Assembly (NCBI GenBank): GCA_902800025.1
Contig: CADCDA010000003.1
Span: 13,154 to 77,153 of the forward strand
DNA length: 64,000 nucleotides
Direction: 5' to 3'
Source of the DNA: an uncultured Erysipelotrichaceae bacterium
GTDB lineage: Bacteria > Bacillota_I > Bacilli_A > RFN20 > CAG-826
The position numbers and the translations under genes are program-made. Of the stretch, positions 34,826-45,100 are shown in pieces. The stretch's first letter is position 1. Every line of letters starts with the position of its first letter. The notes below the pieces were generated by a model. The model had not been told where the DNA came from, did no database searches, and saw nothing but the letters and a program-made list of their open reading frames with translations.

Positions 34826-37800
34826 TTATGCGATTGCGTTAATCGCAAATCCTTTGACGTCAATGTATGAAAGAACATCTTTAAATACGATTGACACTTT
34901 TCCAGTTAGAGCGTCTTCATCATCAAGAATGACACTATAATCGGTAAATGAACCACTACAAGTTCCACTATCAATTTCTTTTTCACCAACTGAGATTGTG
35001 TACTTAAATGTTTTGCTACTACCACATGCAACATTGAAGAACACTGCGTTGACTTTTGTCTTTCCTGAGAAATTGATTTCACTTTTTGTGGTGAATGATA
35101 ATGTTCCACAGTAGACCGATGTTGTGCCGAATCGGCAAGCTTTATCGGTGTTTCTATTGCCTAAAGTAATTGATGTATTGCTACTAACAACATCAAATGT
35201 GAGTCCGTTTAAATCTCCAACGAAGACACCATTAGAGCCAGAATATGCATCTTTAGCGTTGCTACCAGGAGCAGAATAGTTCCAGGTTGCGCTATCAAAT
35301 GTAATCGCGCTGCCACCAACAACTTTCGCTTTAATGCTTAAAGTATTCTTATCAGTTGTGACTTCGATGGTCTTACCGTTAATAACGTCATCATCAACGA
35401 ATGTATAATCAGGAACACTAATCTTTGTATAATCAACAGTCCCTTCACTTAAATCATTCTTAATAGCCTTAATTCCAAGAGTTTGAGCAGTTGGTTTATC
35501 TCCAACATTGAAGACAGGTGGATTAGTGCTATCAGAGGCATAATGATGAATTTCATCTTTATTCATCTTTAAAGAGATGTAAGAAGGAATTAGTTTAACT
35601 AATGATCCTGGTTGGTCTTTTAAATCACCAAAGATATAGTCAACAAGTTGAGGATAGTCAACAAATGGATTTCTATTTCCTTGAGTTCCTCTACCTTGAG
35701 AAGAATTGTGGGTGTAAACAGAATCATTATGTTGCATTTCAAGTAAATCAACAGAGTAGCTATTCCACTTTAATAAATTAGATAAGTAGCCGATTGAATA
35801 TGGCATCGCAGAATTAAGATAAATCTCGTATGCTTTTTGACGATATAAATCATAATCATCATCTTTTAACTCTGAATCTTCTAAATCCACTAAAGAACGA
35901 TAATAATTTACAATCGCGGTGTTTTCAGTCTTAGTTGGATACATAAACTCATTTAATGAGATACGATTATAATCAACATTTGGTTCCACTATTTGAAGTG
36001 GTAATTCTTTAGAATTAATGTGTAATGATTTTGTACTTGTTGAATGAGTATCGATATCATCGCCTCTAAATGTCCAGGTTTCAGAAATATCGGTTTCTTC
36101 GATTTCGTTATACATCACACTCATGTAGAAAATCGCTCTAGCTAATCGACCTTTATCGTTATCGCCAGGTTCGAATGATTTCCTAACATAAGAACATTCT
36201 TCTTTTGTTGCATAATCAGCGTTATCTGGATTTGCATAGCCAAGGTTCTTATTACCTCTACTACCATTTGTTCCAGCGTGAGAAGCGAATAAGTTATGGA
36301 AGTCTGTCGCTCTTCCTAAATTCTTAACTGCAGAACCAGTTGAGAATCCAGTCATCAATGATGCAGCAAATCCATGTTCTCTTTGCCAAGAACTATTTGT
36401 TTCGGTTTTTAGAATTGGACTATCAGTATAAACAGCATCTAAATACGCAAAATCGTATAAGTCTTGATCAGCGTATTGGTTGGTTTCCCAGTTAGGTGCG
36501 TCATATTTTAAAGGAGTGACATCTTTAGAAATAATCGCATGTAACTTAGCTTTAAGATCTTCACCGTTTTCCCAGGTGAGATTTCCATAGTAGTTGTTAT
36601 AACAACTATCGTATGTTTCTGTTTCATCTTTAACAGTCACTAAAATACGATTAGCCTTGTCGTTTTCAGTTGTTAAGGTAATGATGGCACTACCACCTTT
36701 AAGAGCAGTTAATTGTCCGTTATTATCAACAGTTACCGCTTCTTCGTTATTGCTAACAAAAGTTTTGATTTTATCAACAGCACCTTCTGGAAGGATTGAA
36801 TATGAGATGTTTTTGTTTTGACCTTTGGTCATAACGATTGATTCATCTTCAAATCTAATTCCGCTAGCGCGTAAACCTTTTTCATCAATTAAATCACTAA
36901 CAGTAATCTCAACAGTGTCTCTATAGCCTTGCCAAGTTACTGAAATGTTTGCTTTTCCAGCTTTATGAGCTTTTACGTTACCAGCAGAAACAGTACAAAC
37001 TTCTTCGTTATCACTATAGAAACCATAATCTAAACCACTTGGAGTTGCTCCTATAACGTTATAAGTAAGCCTTTTGGTATCTCCAACTTTCATCGATAAG
37101 TCTGAATCATCAATTTCTAGATTAATGGATGGATCACCGTCTTTAATTGAGAAGGCCATAACTCCAAAAGCTTCATCAGTGTCTCTTTTATCGTTATTGT
37201 TTTCATCGTTATAAGCGTAGACAAGTGTTGTTCCTTGTTTTAATCCGGTTGCCACACTATTTTCGACTGAAACAACTGTCGAATCTTTCACTTCATATTT
37301 GACATTATGATAGGCTTCTTCAGGAATAACTACAGGATTAATAGTAAAACTATTACCAGTGAAGATTTCTGTTGCAGAAGTCGCTAAATAGACTCTTTCA
37401 GCAGCAACACTTGGAACATATGGGAAGGTTTCACTAATTGTGTAACCACACTTTTCACAAGATGAATGTCTTAAGCCTTCTTGAGTTGGAGAGGCTTCTC
37501 TATCATTAACCCAATCACCAAATGTATGTTCTTCATCATCGATTTTTAAAGTTTCATAGCCTTCATCAGTACAAGCATGCCAGTGATTTGTTTCATCATG
37601 GCTCCAATCAGAAGAATAATGATGTTCTAATTTATCAGCGTTCTTTTCTGTGTAGAAATATCCACAAACACTGCAGGTATATTTTATATAGCCATCAGAT
37701 TCATATGTTGGACTGATAGTTGTTTGAGTGTATGTATGTTCTTCCTTATCGGATGTTACATCATGTCCACAAGTAGAATTATGCCAGTGATATGTTTCGT

Positions 37801-37918
37801 CATGACTCCACTCAGTTGAGAAGGTATGAACATGTTCAGGAGCACTTGGAGCACACGAAAACAAAAGAATTGAAGTAATTAATGATGATATAACTTTAAT
37901 CGTCTTTCCTTTTTTCAT
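34826..37918 (-). CDS. large surface lipoprotein with endonuclease-I (EndA-like) domain, Ig-like domains and N-terminal His/Cys-rich tandem repeat
   Basis: Signal plus lipobox ILLFSC. The endonuclease I-like motif is GRLARAIFYMSVMY, preceded by RGNKN. The N-terminus carries two ~60-aa repeats (WSHDETxHWH...EEHT...CxxCGY). Confidence 0.7.
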   Translation of the reverse strand: MKKGKTIKVISSLITSILLFSCAPSAPEHVHTFSTEWSHDETYHWHNSTCGHDVTSDKEEHTYTQTTISPTYESDGYIKYTCSVCGYFYTEKNADKLEHHYSSDWSHDETNHWHACTDEGYETLKIDDEEHTFGDWVNDREASPTQEGLRHSSCEKCGYTISETFPYVPSVAAERVYLATSATEIFTGNSFTINPVVIPEEAYHNVKYEVKDSTVVSVENSVATGLKQGTTLVYAYNDENNNDKRDTDEAFGVMAFSIKDGDPSINLEIDDSDLSMKVGDTKRLTYNVIGATPSGLDYGFYSDNEEVCTVSAGNVKAHKAGKANISVTWQGYRDTVEITVSDLIDEKGLRASGIRFEDESIVMTKGQNKNISYSILPEGAVDKIKTFVSNNEEAVTVDNNGQLTALKGGSAIITLTTENDKANRILVTVKDETETYDSCYNNYYGNLTWENGEDLKAKLHAIISKDVTPLKYDAPNWETNQYADQDLYDFAYLDAVYTDSPILKTETNSSWQREHGFAASLMTGFSTGSAVKNLGRATDFHNLFASHAGTNGSRGNKNLGYANPDNADYATKEECSYVRKSFEPGDNDKGRLARAIFYMSVMYNEIEETDISETWTFRGDDIDTHSTSTKSLHINSKELPLQIVEPNVDYNRISLNEFMYPTKTENTAIVNYYRSLVDLEDSELKDDDYDLYRQKAYEIYLNSAMPYSIGYLSNLLKWNSYSVDLLEMQHNDSVYTHNSSQGRGTQGNRNPFVDYPQLVDYIFGDLKDQPGSLVKLIPSYISLKMNKDEIHHYASDSTNPPVFNVGDKPTAQTLGIKAIKNDLSEGTVDYTKISVPDYTFVDDDVINGKTIEVTTDKNTLSIKAKVVGGSAITFDSATWNYSAPGSNAKDAYSGSNGVFVGDLNGLTFDVVSSNTSITLGNRNTDKACRFGTTSVYCGTLSFTTKSEINFSGKTKVNAVFFNVACGSSKTFKYTISVGEKEIDSGTCSGSFTDYSVILDDEDALTGKVSIVFKDVLSYIDVKGFAINAIA

Positions 37919-37971
37919 ATTAATTGCCCCCTAAACAAATATCCTTTTGATATTATCACATACATGAGCAC

Positions 37972-38000
37972 AAAAAAAGAGCGAAAATCGCTCTTTTTAG
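37972..38000 (-). terminator. rho-independent (bidirectional) terminator after ftsZ
   Basis: AAAGAGCGA-aaa-TCGCTCTTT stem flanked by an A-run and a T-run. Confidence 0.75.
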
Positions 38001-38012
38001 AAAGTACTATGA

Positions 38013-39119
38013 TTATTTAGTGTCTTTGAGGAAGTTAGGAATGATACTATCTTCTTCAAGATATCTCTCTTGTTCACGTTTTGCGGTTTCAGAAAGTTCG
38101 CTAACTTTTTCATCTTCAGGAACAGTATTAATTGGAGTAGCAAATGTTTGAGCGGTGAAATCAACATCGTTTTCAAAGTCACTTGCGATAACTGACACTA
38201 AGATTTCATCAGTTAATTGATCATTAATTGTGATACCAAATTTAATATCAATATTGTTGCCTGCTGCATCAATAAGAAGGTTAACACATTCTTGAGCTTC
38301 AAATAAGTTAACTTGAGTGCCACAAGTAATAGCAACGATTGCTCTTCTAGCACCGATCATACTCGCTTCAAGTAATGGTGAATTAACAGCGTTATTAGCA
38401 GCGTCTTTTGCTCTATTTGGTCCACTACCAACACCAAATCCGATTAAGCCAACACCACTATCTTTTAAGGTATTTCTTACATCAGCGAAGTCGAGATTGA
38501 TAATTGCTGGTAGTAAAATTAAGTCAACAACTGTTTTAACTGATCTCGCCAAAACTTTATCAGATTCATTAAAGGCTTGGCTAATTGGTGTATTACCATT
38601 TGTAATCAATAATTTATCATTAGAAACAACGATTAAGGAGTCGACTGATGACTTTAATTTATTTAAGCCATCAATAGAGTTAACAGTTCTCTTTTTTCCT
38701 TCAAAGGAAAATGGTCTAGTAACAATCGCAACGACTAACGCTCCTGCTTCTTTAGCAATACGAGCGACGACTGGAGCCGCACCTGTACCTGTGCCTCCGC
38801 CCATACCTGCAGCGATAAAGACCATATTGGCATCTTTAACAATTTCACGAATATCATCAGCGCTTGCTTCAGCAGCTTGTTCACCCATTTCTGGTTCTCC
38901 ACCTGCACCTAAACCACCAGTTAAAGATTCTCCAAGAATAATTCTGTTAGAAGATTTGCTTGTTGCTAAAGCTTGTTTATCGGTATTTGCAACATAAAAA
39001 TCAACATTGGAAATTTCTTCATCAATCATACGATTGACAGCGTTATTTCCTGCCCCACCGACACCGATAACTACAATTTTAGCGGCGGGTTCAAAATTGT
39101 CTAAATCATAATTTTGCAT
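38013..39119 (-). CDS. ftsZ: cell division GTPase FtsZ
   Basis: Tubulin signature GGGTGTGAAPVVA, GVGGAGNNAV at the N-terminus, and an acidic C-terminal tail. Confidence 0.95.
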   Translation of the reverse strand: MQNYDLDNFEPAAKIVVIGVGGAGNNAVNRMIDEEISNVDFYVANTDKQALATSKSSNRIILGESLTGGLGAGGEPEMGEQAAEASADDIREIVKDANMVFIAAGMGGGTGTGAAPVVARIAKEAGALVVAIVTRPFSFEGKKRTVNSIDGLNKLKSSVDSLIVVSNDKLLITNGNTPISQAFNESDKVLARSVKTVVDLILLPAIINLDFADVRNTLKDSGVGLIGFGVGSGPNRAKDAANNAVNSPLLEASMIGARRAIVAITCGTQVNLFEAQECVNLLIDAAGNNIDIKFGITINDQLTDEILVSVIASDFENDVDFTAQTFATPINTVPEDEKVSELSETAKREQERYLEEDSIIPNFLKDTK

Positions 39120-39135
39120 AATTCTTTTCTCCTAA

Positions 39136-40332
39136 CTAATCTTCTCGAAAAACAGCGACCGTTGGTTTCTTTTCATCGCTTGATGTATTTGGATATTTGT
39201 AATCAATATATAACGCTCCAAGTAAAGCGAATAAACTTGGATCTCTTGCTCCTATTGTCTTAGGAGAAGCAGTTTTGATATTTGTGAAGACTTCTTTTTT
39301 AAGCAAATGATTCACAATACCTTTGAGTTTACTACCTCCTCCTATGAGGATAATTGGCATCGATTGATATTCGATAACATTATATGATTGAGCTAATTGC
39401 TCAATAGCGTTAGTCATTAGTCTAAAAAGTTCGTCTAAATCTTTTTCAATTAATTCATTGAGTTCTTCAACATAATGTTTGCTTTCGCCTTCATCAGTGT
39501 CGACATTGCACACTGAATAAGCAAATTTCATTTCTCTTTTATCTAATCCATAAAGGATCTTAATCTTTTCAGCTTCTAGTTCAGAAATATTGAATTTAGA
39601 AACGATATGATCGGTGATATTATCTCCACCCCAAGAGAATGAACGCGAGGCAAATAGTTGTTTCTTTCCTATTAAGGAAACAGACGTTGAGGCTGCTCCT
39701 ATATCAACTAAGAAATAATTGTCAGGAGTGTCATTATAAGAGGAAAGGAGTTCACTAGCCGCAAAAGTCGATACCACTCTTCTATTTATTTGAATATTGG
39801 CGTTTCTCAAGATATCTGAATATTCTTGATTAATACGCTTTGGAAGGGTGTGCACTTTAGTGAAGGCGGTAACTGAACTACTAGTTTTTCCTATTGGTGC
39901 GTGAGCGTATACATTATTATTTTCAATAACGAATGCTTCAGGAACGATATCGATTAATTCATTATCGACTGGAAGTCTTTTATTTCTAATAATGCTATAA
40001 ATATTTTTAATATCTAATTCTCCGATGACTTTCTCTGGAGAAATAACAGATGTTATCTGCTTAGTTTGATAAACCTCTAATCCATAAGGAGGTAACACTA
40101 AAGAGACATTATTAATAAGTTCATTAAAACGGTAATCATCATCGATAACTGGATTAACCTTTTGTAACTCTTTTACTAATAATGCTTTTTCTTTAACAAC
40201 ACCATTTTCTAAAAAATGATTAATTGGTACTTTTTTCACATAATTAATCAAAACTTGATCGTTTTCAGTGGTGCCAAAAGCCACTTTTATATACCTATGC
40301 GAGATTTCTAAAGCGATAACATTATTCTTCAT
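39136..40332 (-). CDS. ftsA: cell division protein FtsA (actin-like ATPase)
   Basis: Position immediately upstream of ftsZ, ~400 aa, and actin-fold Gly-rich segments (LIGGGSKLKG). Confidence 0.8.
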   Translation of the reverse strand: MKNNVIALEISHRYIKVAFGTTENDQVLINYVKKVPINHFLENGVVKEKALLVKELQKVNPVIDDDYRFNELINNVSLVLPPYGLEVYQTKQITSVISPEKVIGELDIKNIYSIIRNKRLPVDNELIDIVPEAFVIENNNVYAHAPIGKTSSSVTAFTKVHTLPKRINQEYSDILRNANIQINRRVVSTFAASELLSSYNDTPDNYFLVDIGAASTSVSLIGKKQLFASRSFSWGGDNITDHIVSKFNISELEAEKIKILYGLDKREMKFAYSVCNVDTDEGESKHYVEELNELIEKDLDELFRLMTNAIEQLAQSYNVIEYQSMPIILIGGGSKLKGIVNHLLKKEVFTNIKTASPKTIGARDPSLFALLGALYIDYKYPNTSSDEKKPTVAVFRED

Positions 40333-40447
40333 ATCAGGATTATTTTACCTCACATGTTATTTATTAACAATAATTTGTTAATTTAAATAAAAAGAAAGTC
40401 TAGGCGAACCTAGACCCAATTAACAAGAGGGGGAATCTTGTTTAATC

Positions 40448-40681
40448 CTAATTGTAAGTCTCCAATTCTGGAGTTTCTTCATCAGTTGGCGAATCCGCTA
40501 CTTCAGAAGTATTGTTCTCTTTTTTCGCTTCCGCTTCAGAGACATTTCTTTCAGTAATGTAGGTTGGAATTGCAACGATGGCAACTAGAGCCACTAAGCT
40601 AGAGAAAACGATGGAGAAATTACGCATCACTAAAACAAACTTGCTTCTATGATGCTTATAGAGTTTGTTTTTGATTTGCAT
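40448..40681 (-). CDS. small single-TM division-cluster protein (FtsL-like)
   Basis: Strong RBS AAAGGAG 8 nt before ATG 40681. One TM helix (FSIVFSSLVALVAIVAI). It is located between rsmH and ftsA. Confidence 0.55.
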   Translation of the reverse strand: MQIKNKLYKHHRSKFVLVMRNFSIVFSSLVALVAIVAIPTYITERNVSEAEAKKENNTSEVADSPTDEETPELETYN

Positions 40682-40697
40682 AACTTTTTCTCCTTTC

Positions 40698-41627
40698 TTA
40701 GATTTTCTCAATAATCCTTAGAACACTACTGACTGAACGATGGTTGTATTCTTTTTCCTCTTCACTTGGTTTAATGCCTTTTCTTGTGATGAGGCGATAT
40801 TCTTTTTGATCGTTTGTTAATGGAAGATCGTATCGATTTCCTTCCACTACTGTGAGCTCTTTAAATAGTGATTTCACTATCTTATCTTCACCAGAATGGA
40901 AGGTGATGACTGCGAGTCTACCACCTTTATTAAGGTGAGATAGAGCTTTAGTCAATGTTCTTTTAAGAACATTAATTTCATCATTTACTTCAATTCTTAG
41001 AGCTTGGAAGATTTGTTTTGCTGGGTGTCCAACCTTCGCTAATTCTTTAGCAGGCTTACTTCTTTTGATAATGTCCACTAATTCGAATGTTGTGCTAATA
41101 GGTTTTGACTCTCTTTGCTTGACGATATTTTTGGCGATGGAGTATGAATATTTTTCTTCGCCATATTCGTTAAATATTCTGACTAAATCATTTAGTGAAT
41201 ATTCGTTAACAATTTTTTTAGCGGTTAATGGATTCCTCTTATCCATTCTCATATCGAGCTCACTATCATATCGATAGGAGAATCCACGACTTTGATCATC
41301 AAACTGAGGGGAACTTACTCCTAAGTCCATTAAGATTCCATCGACTTTATCAATATTTAATCCTTTTAGGATTTCATCGATATTGACGAAGTTATCTCTG
41401 ACAAGAGTGAAGTTATTTCCAATCTTTGACAATCTTTCTTTTGATGCGAGGATGGCTTCATCGTCTTGGTCAACCCCGATTAGCCGGCCTTTGTTAGACA
41501 AGGAGGAGAGGATAACACTACTATGGCCGGCTCTTCCTAGGGTTAGATCGAGATAAATTCCATCTCTTCTAATATTTAGACCTTCGATTACTTCTTTAAG
41601 AAGTACAGGGATATGTGTCTCATTCAT
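40698..41627 (-). CDS. rsmH: 16S rRNA (cytosine1402-N4)-methyltransferase RsmH/MraW
   Basis: SAM-binding DLTLGRAGHS. The mraZ-rsmH synteny is conserved. Confidence 0.9.
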   Translation of the reverse strand: MNETHIPVLLKEVIEGLNIRRDGIYLDLTLGRAGHSSVILSSLSNKGRLIGVDQDDEAILASKERLSKIGNNFTLVRDNFVNIDEILKGLNIDKVDGILMDLGVSSPQFDDQSRGFSYRYDSELDMRMDKRNPLTAKKIVNEYSLNDLVRIFNEYGEEKYSYSIAKNIVKQRESKPISTTFELVDIIKRSKPAKELAKVGHPAKQIFQALRIEVNDEINVLKRTLTKALSHLNKGGRLAVITFHSGEDKIVKSLFKELTVVEGNRYDLPLTNDQKEYRLITRKGIKPSEEEKEYNHRSVSSVLRIIEKI

Positions 41628-42057
41628 CTTGACTATCTAATGATTCAGCGATTGCCTCGAAGTTCTCATTAGCCTCATCTTGATATTTGTTAAATCTATT
41701 TAAGTCCCAGATTTCAAAGTGGTCACCCACTCCGATAATCATCACTTGTTTTCCAATTTGATATTTGCTTAATGTCGCAGAAGGAATTTGGATTCTTCCA
41801 ACCTTATCAACATTTAACTCTGTAACACTTGAGAGCATGATACGTAAATATGTTCTGGAGTTTTTCTTATTAAATGAGATTTGTGAACATTCTTTAGTGA
41901 GCTTTTCGAATTCTGATTCGTTATAAACAGCGATACATCCTTCAAAGCCTTTCATGATATATAACGCTGACCCTTCAGAAAGACCTTCTTTGAGTCGACG
42001 AGGAATCATTAATCTTCCTTTATCATCTAAAGTGTGTTCGTAACTGCCAAAATACAT
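41620..42057 (-). CDS. mraZ: transcriptional regulator MraZ
   Basis: Duplicated MraZ motif HTLDDKGRLMIPRRL ... VDKVGRIQIP. Confidence 0.9.
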   Translation of the reverse strand: MYFGSYEHTLDDKGRLMIPRRLKEGLSEGSALYIMKGFEGCIAVYNESEFEKLTKECSQISFNKKNSRTYLRIMLSSVTELNVDKVGRIQIPSATLSKYQIGKQVMIIGVGDHFEIWDLNRFNKYQDEANENFEAIAESLDSQDE

Positions 42058-42207
42058 TTACCACTTTCTCCCACTTTTTACCACGTACCTATATTTTAAG
42101 GGAACATTCCAAATAACGCAACACATTTTTAAAGAAAAAATAAGATAAAAGAAAAAATCCCGAAATACTCGAGATTTCTTACTTTTAATTGCAGAGCAAT
42201 TAATATG

Positions 42208-42699
42208 CTAATTATCGTCTAGCTCAATATTATCTAAAGCGCTCCAACGAGAGTCGACTTTATTTTTTTGTTCTTCTTCATATTGATCTTCACTTAAAAC
42301 TCTATAGCCTTCTCCACTACTTGGGAGTTTAGCCCCTTTTTTAACTAGAGTTAAAGGAACTTCAGAAACAATTAATCCTAAGATATAAGGATCTAGTTCG
42401 AATATTGGGTTATCAATATGAATTACATCTTCATCTTCATCTAAGAAAGAGAATGTCAAAGATGTATCGATTTTAACTTTTAATGGAATATCTTCTAATG
42501 TATAAGAACACACTCCAATAACATCACTATTTATTTTGACATTCAAAATAAGATAATCGTCATAATCAGTACCAGTCACCTTCACATGAGTGTTACTTAT
42601 CCCCCTAATATGGGTAGGATCAAAAGAAGTGTCAGAAAAGTCGACATCTTCTTCAAGTACATAATCTTTATTTTGAAAGAAATAGCGATTAATTTTCAT
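42208..42699 (-). CDS. DUF177 / YceD-family protein
   Basis: C-terminal DSRWSALDNI matches the YceD DPRW..L motif. Acidic. ~160 aa. Confidence 0.6.
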   Translation of the reverse strand: MKINRYFFQNKDYVLEEDVDFSDTSFDPTHIRGISNTHVKVTGTDYDDYLILNVKINSDVIGVCSYTLEDIPLKVKIDTSLTFSFLDEDEDVIHIDNPIFELDPYILGLIVSEVPLTLVKKGAKLPSSGEGYRVLSEDQYEEEQKNKVDSRWSALDNIELDDN

Positions 42700-45089
42700 T
42701 ACATTCTAAGCTCAGCGTTTACCTGTTTTGCTAATTCGAATTTAATTTTGTCTAAAGTATCAGTGATTTCTTTATCGGTTAAGGTTCCTTCTTTACCCAT
42801 GGTAATAGAGATAGCAACACTCTTTGCGCCATGGAAAATTCCTTCACCTTCATAAACATCAAAGATCTTAGCGTCTTTGACAATACCATTGCCGTTCTTT
42901 TTAATGACTTTAATGATATCAGAAGCACTCACCTCTTTAGCGACCACTAAAGCGAGGTCGCGGTTAACAGATGGGAATCTAGATATAGGAGCCATTTTTG
43001 TAATCGAAACTTTAGATTCTAATAATTGTTCAAGATTCATTTCTAAAACAACAACACTGGTTTTTGATAAACCAAATTCTTTTTTTGCATTTGGATGGAG
43101 TTCACCAAGAACACCGATAACTTGGTTTTGGAAAACGATAGTTGCGGATTTTCCTGGATGTAATTCTTCTTTATCAGAAGAATAACGATCAAATCTATAT
43201 CTTGAATTTTCAATTCCAAGTAAAGCAAAGATGTTTTCAACAATTCCTTTCATATGGAAGAAATCATATGGCTCTTTACTCATTAAATCACGATTAAGTG
43301 AATTACCAACGAGCACGACTGCTAAATGTTCGTTTCTACTACTCTTACTCATCATGTTCGCGGTTTCAAATAAAGCGAGATCTTTATTTTGACGATTCAC
43401 ATTATAAGAGGCAGCTTCTAATAAAGAATAGAGAATATGTGTTCTAAAGACTTCTCTTTCATCAGTGAGAGGATTAAGAAGTGAATAATGCTCTTCATCA
43501 TTTAATAAATTAAACTTAGTGGAGTTATCTTTAGATAAAAGTGAATAAGTTAAGCATTCATCTAATCCTTTATTTAATAAGGATTCTCTTATTTTTCTAA
43601 GTCTTGATTGTCTTAAGGTAAGACCGCCAACTTTGACATCTAAGGTTGGAAGAACACTCTTAACGTTATCAAATCCTAATAAGCGGATGACTTCTTCAGA
43701 GATATCAGCTTCACAGGTGACATCAAGTCTAAAGGTAGGAACTTCGACTTCAAATTCATCTTTATTAATTGATTTGACACCGAAATGTAATCTCTTAAGA
43801 ACACTTAAGGTTTGTTCTTCGTTGAATTCAGTTCCTAAACGATTATTAATACGTTTAACTGAGCAGTTAAGTTTTTTAACTTTCTTCTCCTCGCTTTGAT
43901 AAGTAACAATGTTAGAGAATTCTTTTCCTTCGCAGTGTTCTTTAATCAAATAGGAAGCAAAGTTAATCACATCTTCAGCTTGGAAATGATTTGTTCCTTT
44001 AACAAATCGAGATGATGATTCACTTGCTAAACCAAGTCGAGAAGATGTATGACGAATACTTGCTCCATCAAAAGAAGCAGCTTCGATATAAATGTTTTTA
44101 GTTTTATTATCAACTGCACATTCAAGTGATCCCATGACGCCACCTAAACACATCGCTTTTTTATTGCTTGTAATGACGATATCTTGAGGAATGACCTTAT
44201 AGGTCTTTTCATCTAAAGCGACAAAGTCGACATCTAAATCATCACGGGCAATGAGCTCATGTTTTGGAAGCTTGTCCATATCGTACATGTGGAGTGGTTG
44301 ACCAGTGAGTAACATCACATAGTTACCAATATCAACAATGTTATTAATGCTTCTAACACCCATAGAACGAAGGGCTTCTTGCATATATTTTGGTGATTCT
44401 TTAGTAACAATGTTTCTGATTTCTCTACCAGAGAATTGAGTGCATCTATTTGTTTCAGAGCCCACTACTAAGTCGGTTTTAAAATCATCTTTAACTTCAA
44501 AAGAAGGAATATTCACTTCTCTAGAGAAAATAGCACCAACTTCTTTAGCGACATTATATAAAGATAATAAGTCAGGACGATTAGCTAAAATCTTAAGATT
44601 TAAAACAGCATCATCTAAACCTAAATAACCTAAAACATTTTCTTCTCCAACTGGAGCGTCATTAGGTAATTCTTCAATACCTTTTGTTTGTTCTTCGTTT
44701 AAATATTTGGAATCAACACCTAATTCAAGTAAAGAACAGCACATTCCTTGAGATTCAACTCCTCTAATAACAGAAGGTTTAATTTCTCCACCAGGAAGTT
44801 TTGCGCCAATTTGAGCAACGATGACTTTAAGTCCTTTTCTCGCATTAGGAGCACCACAAACGATTTGTTTCACTTCTTTTCCTAAATCAACTTTAAGAAC
44901 ATGGAGGTGATCACTATCTGGGTGAGCTTCACATTCTAAAATGTGACCAATGACTAAATTTGTGCCACTAGCTAAAGAAGCAACTTCTTCAACTTCGATA
45001 CCTGCAAAAGTTAATCCGTTAGCGATTTCTTCTGGGGTAAGTCCATCGAGATTCACATACTTTTTTAATTCATTAATACTGACTAACAT
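42699..45089 (-). CDS. pheT: phenylalanyl-tRNA synthetase beta subunit
   Basis: 796-aa protein with tRNA-binding, B3/B4, B5 and class-II-like C-terminal domains. It is adjacent to pheS. Confidence 0.9.
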   Translation of the reverse strand: MLVSINELKKYVNLDGLTPEEIANGLTFAGIEVEEVASLASGTNLVIGHILECEAHPDSDHLHVLKVDLGKEVKQIVCGAPNARKGLKVIVAQIGAKLPGGEIKPSVIRGVESQGMCCSLLELGVDSKYLNEEQTKGIEELPNDAPVGEENVLGYLGLDDAVLNLKILANRPDLLSLYNVAKEVGAIFSREVNIPSFEVKDDFKTDLVVGSETNRCTQFSGREIRNIVTKESPKYMQEALRSMGVRSINNIVDIGNYVMLLTGQPLHMYDMDKLPKHELIARDDLDVDFVALDEKTYKVIPQDIVITSNKKAMCLGGVMGSLECAVDNKTKNIYIEAASFDGASIRHTSSRLGLASESSSRFVKGTNHFQAEDVINFASYLIKEHCEGKEFSNIVTYQSEEKKVKKLNCSVKRINNRLGTEFNEEQTLSVLKRLHFGVKSINKDEFEVEVPTFRLDVTCEADISEEVIRLLGFDNVKSVLPTLDVKVGGLTLRQSRLRKIRESLLNKGLDECLTYSLLSKDNSTKFNLLNDEEHYSLLNPLTDEREVFRTHILYSLLEAASYNVNRQNKDLALFETANMMSKSSRNEHLAVVLVGNSLNRDLMSKEPYDFFHMKGIVENIFALLGIENSRYRFDRYSSDKEELHPGKSATIVFQNQVIGVLGELHPNAKKEFGLSKTSVVVLEMNLEQLLESKVSITKMAPISRFPSVNRDLALVVAKEVSASDIIKVIKKNGNGIVKDAKIFDVYEGEGIFHGAKSVAISITMGKEGTLTDKEITDTLDKIKFELAKQVNAELRM

Positions 45090-45100
45090 GACGATACCTC

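Noticed and set aside
38317-38997. 226-aa plus-strand ORF
   Set aside because: It lies entirely antisense to ftsZ. Its low-complexity Ala/Leu/Pro composition is a mirror-frame artefact of the Gly/Ala-rich ftsZ coding sequence.
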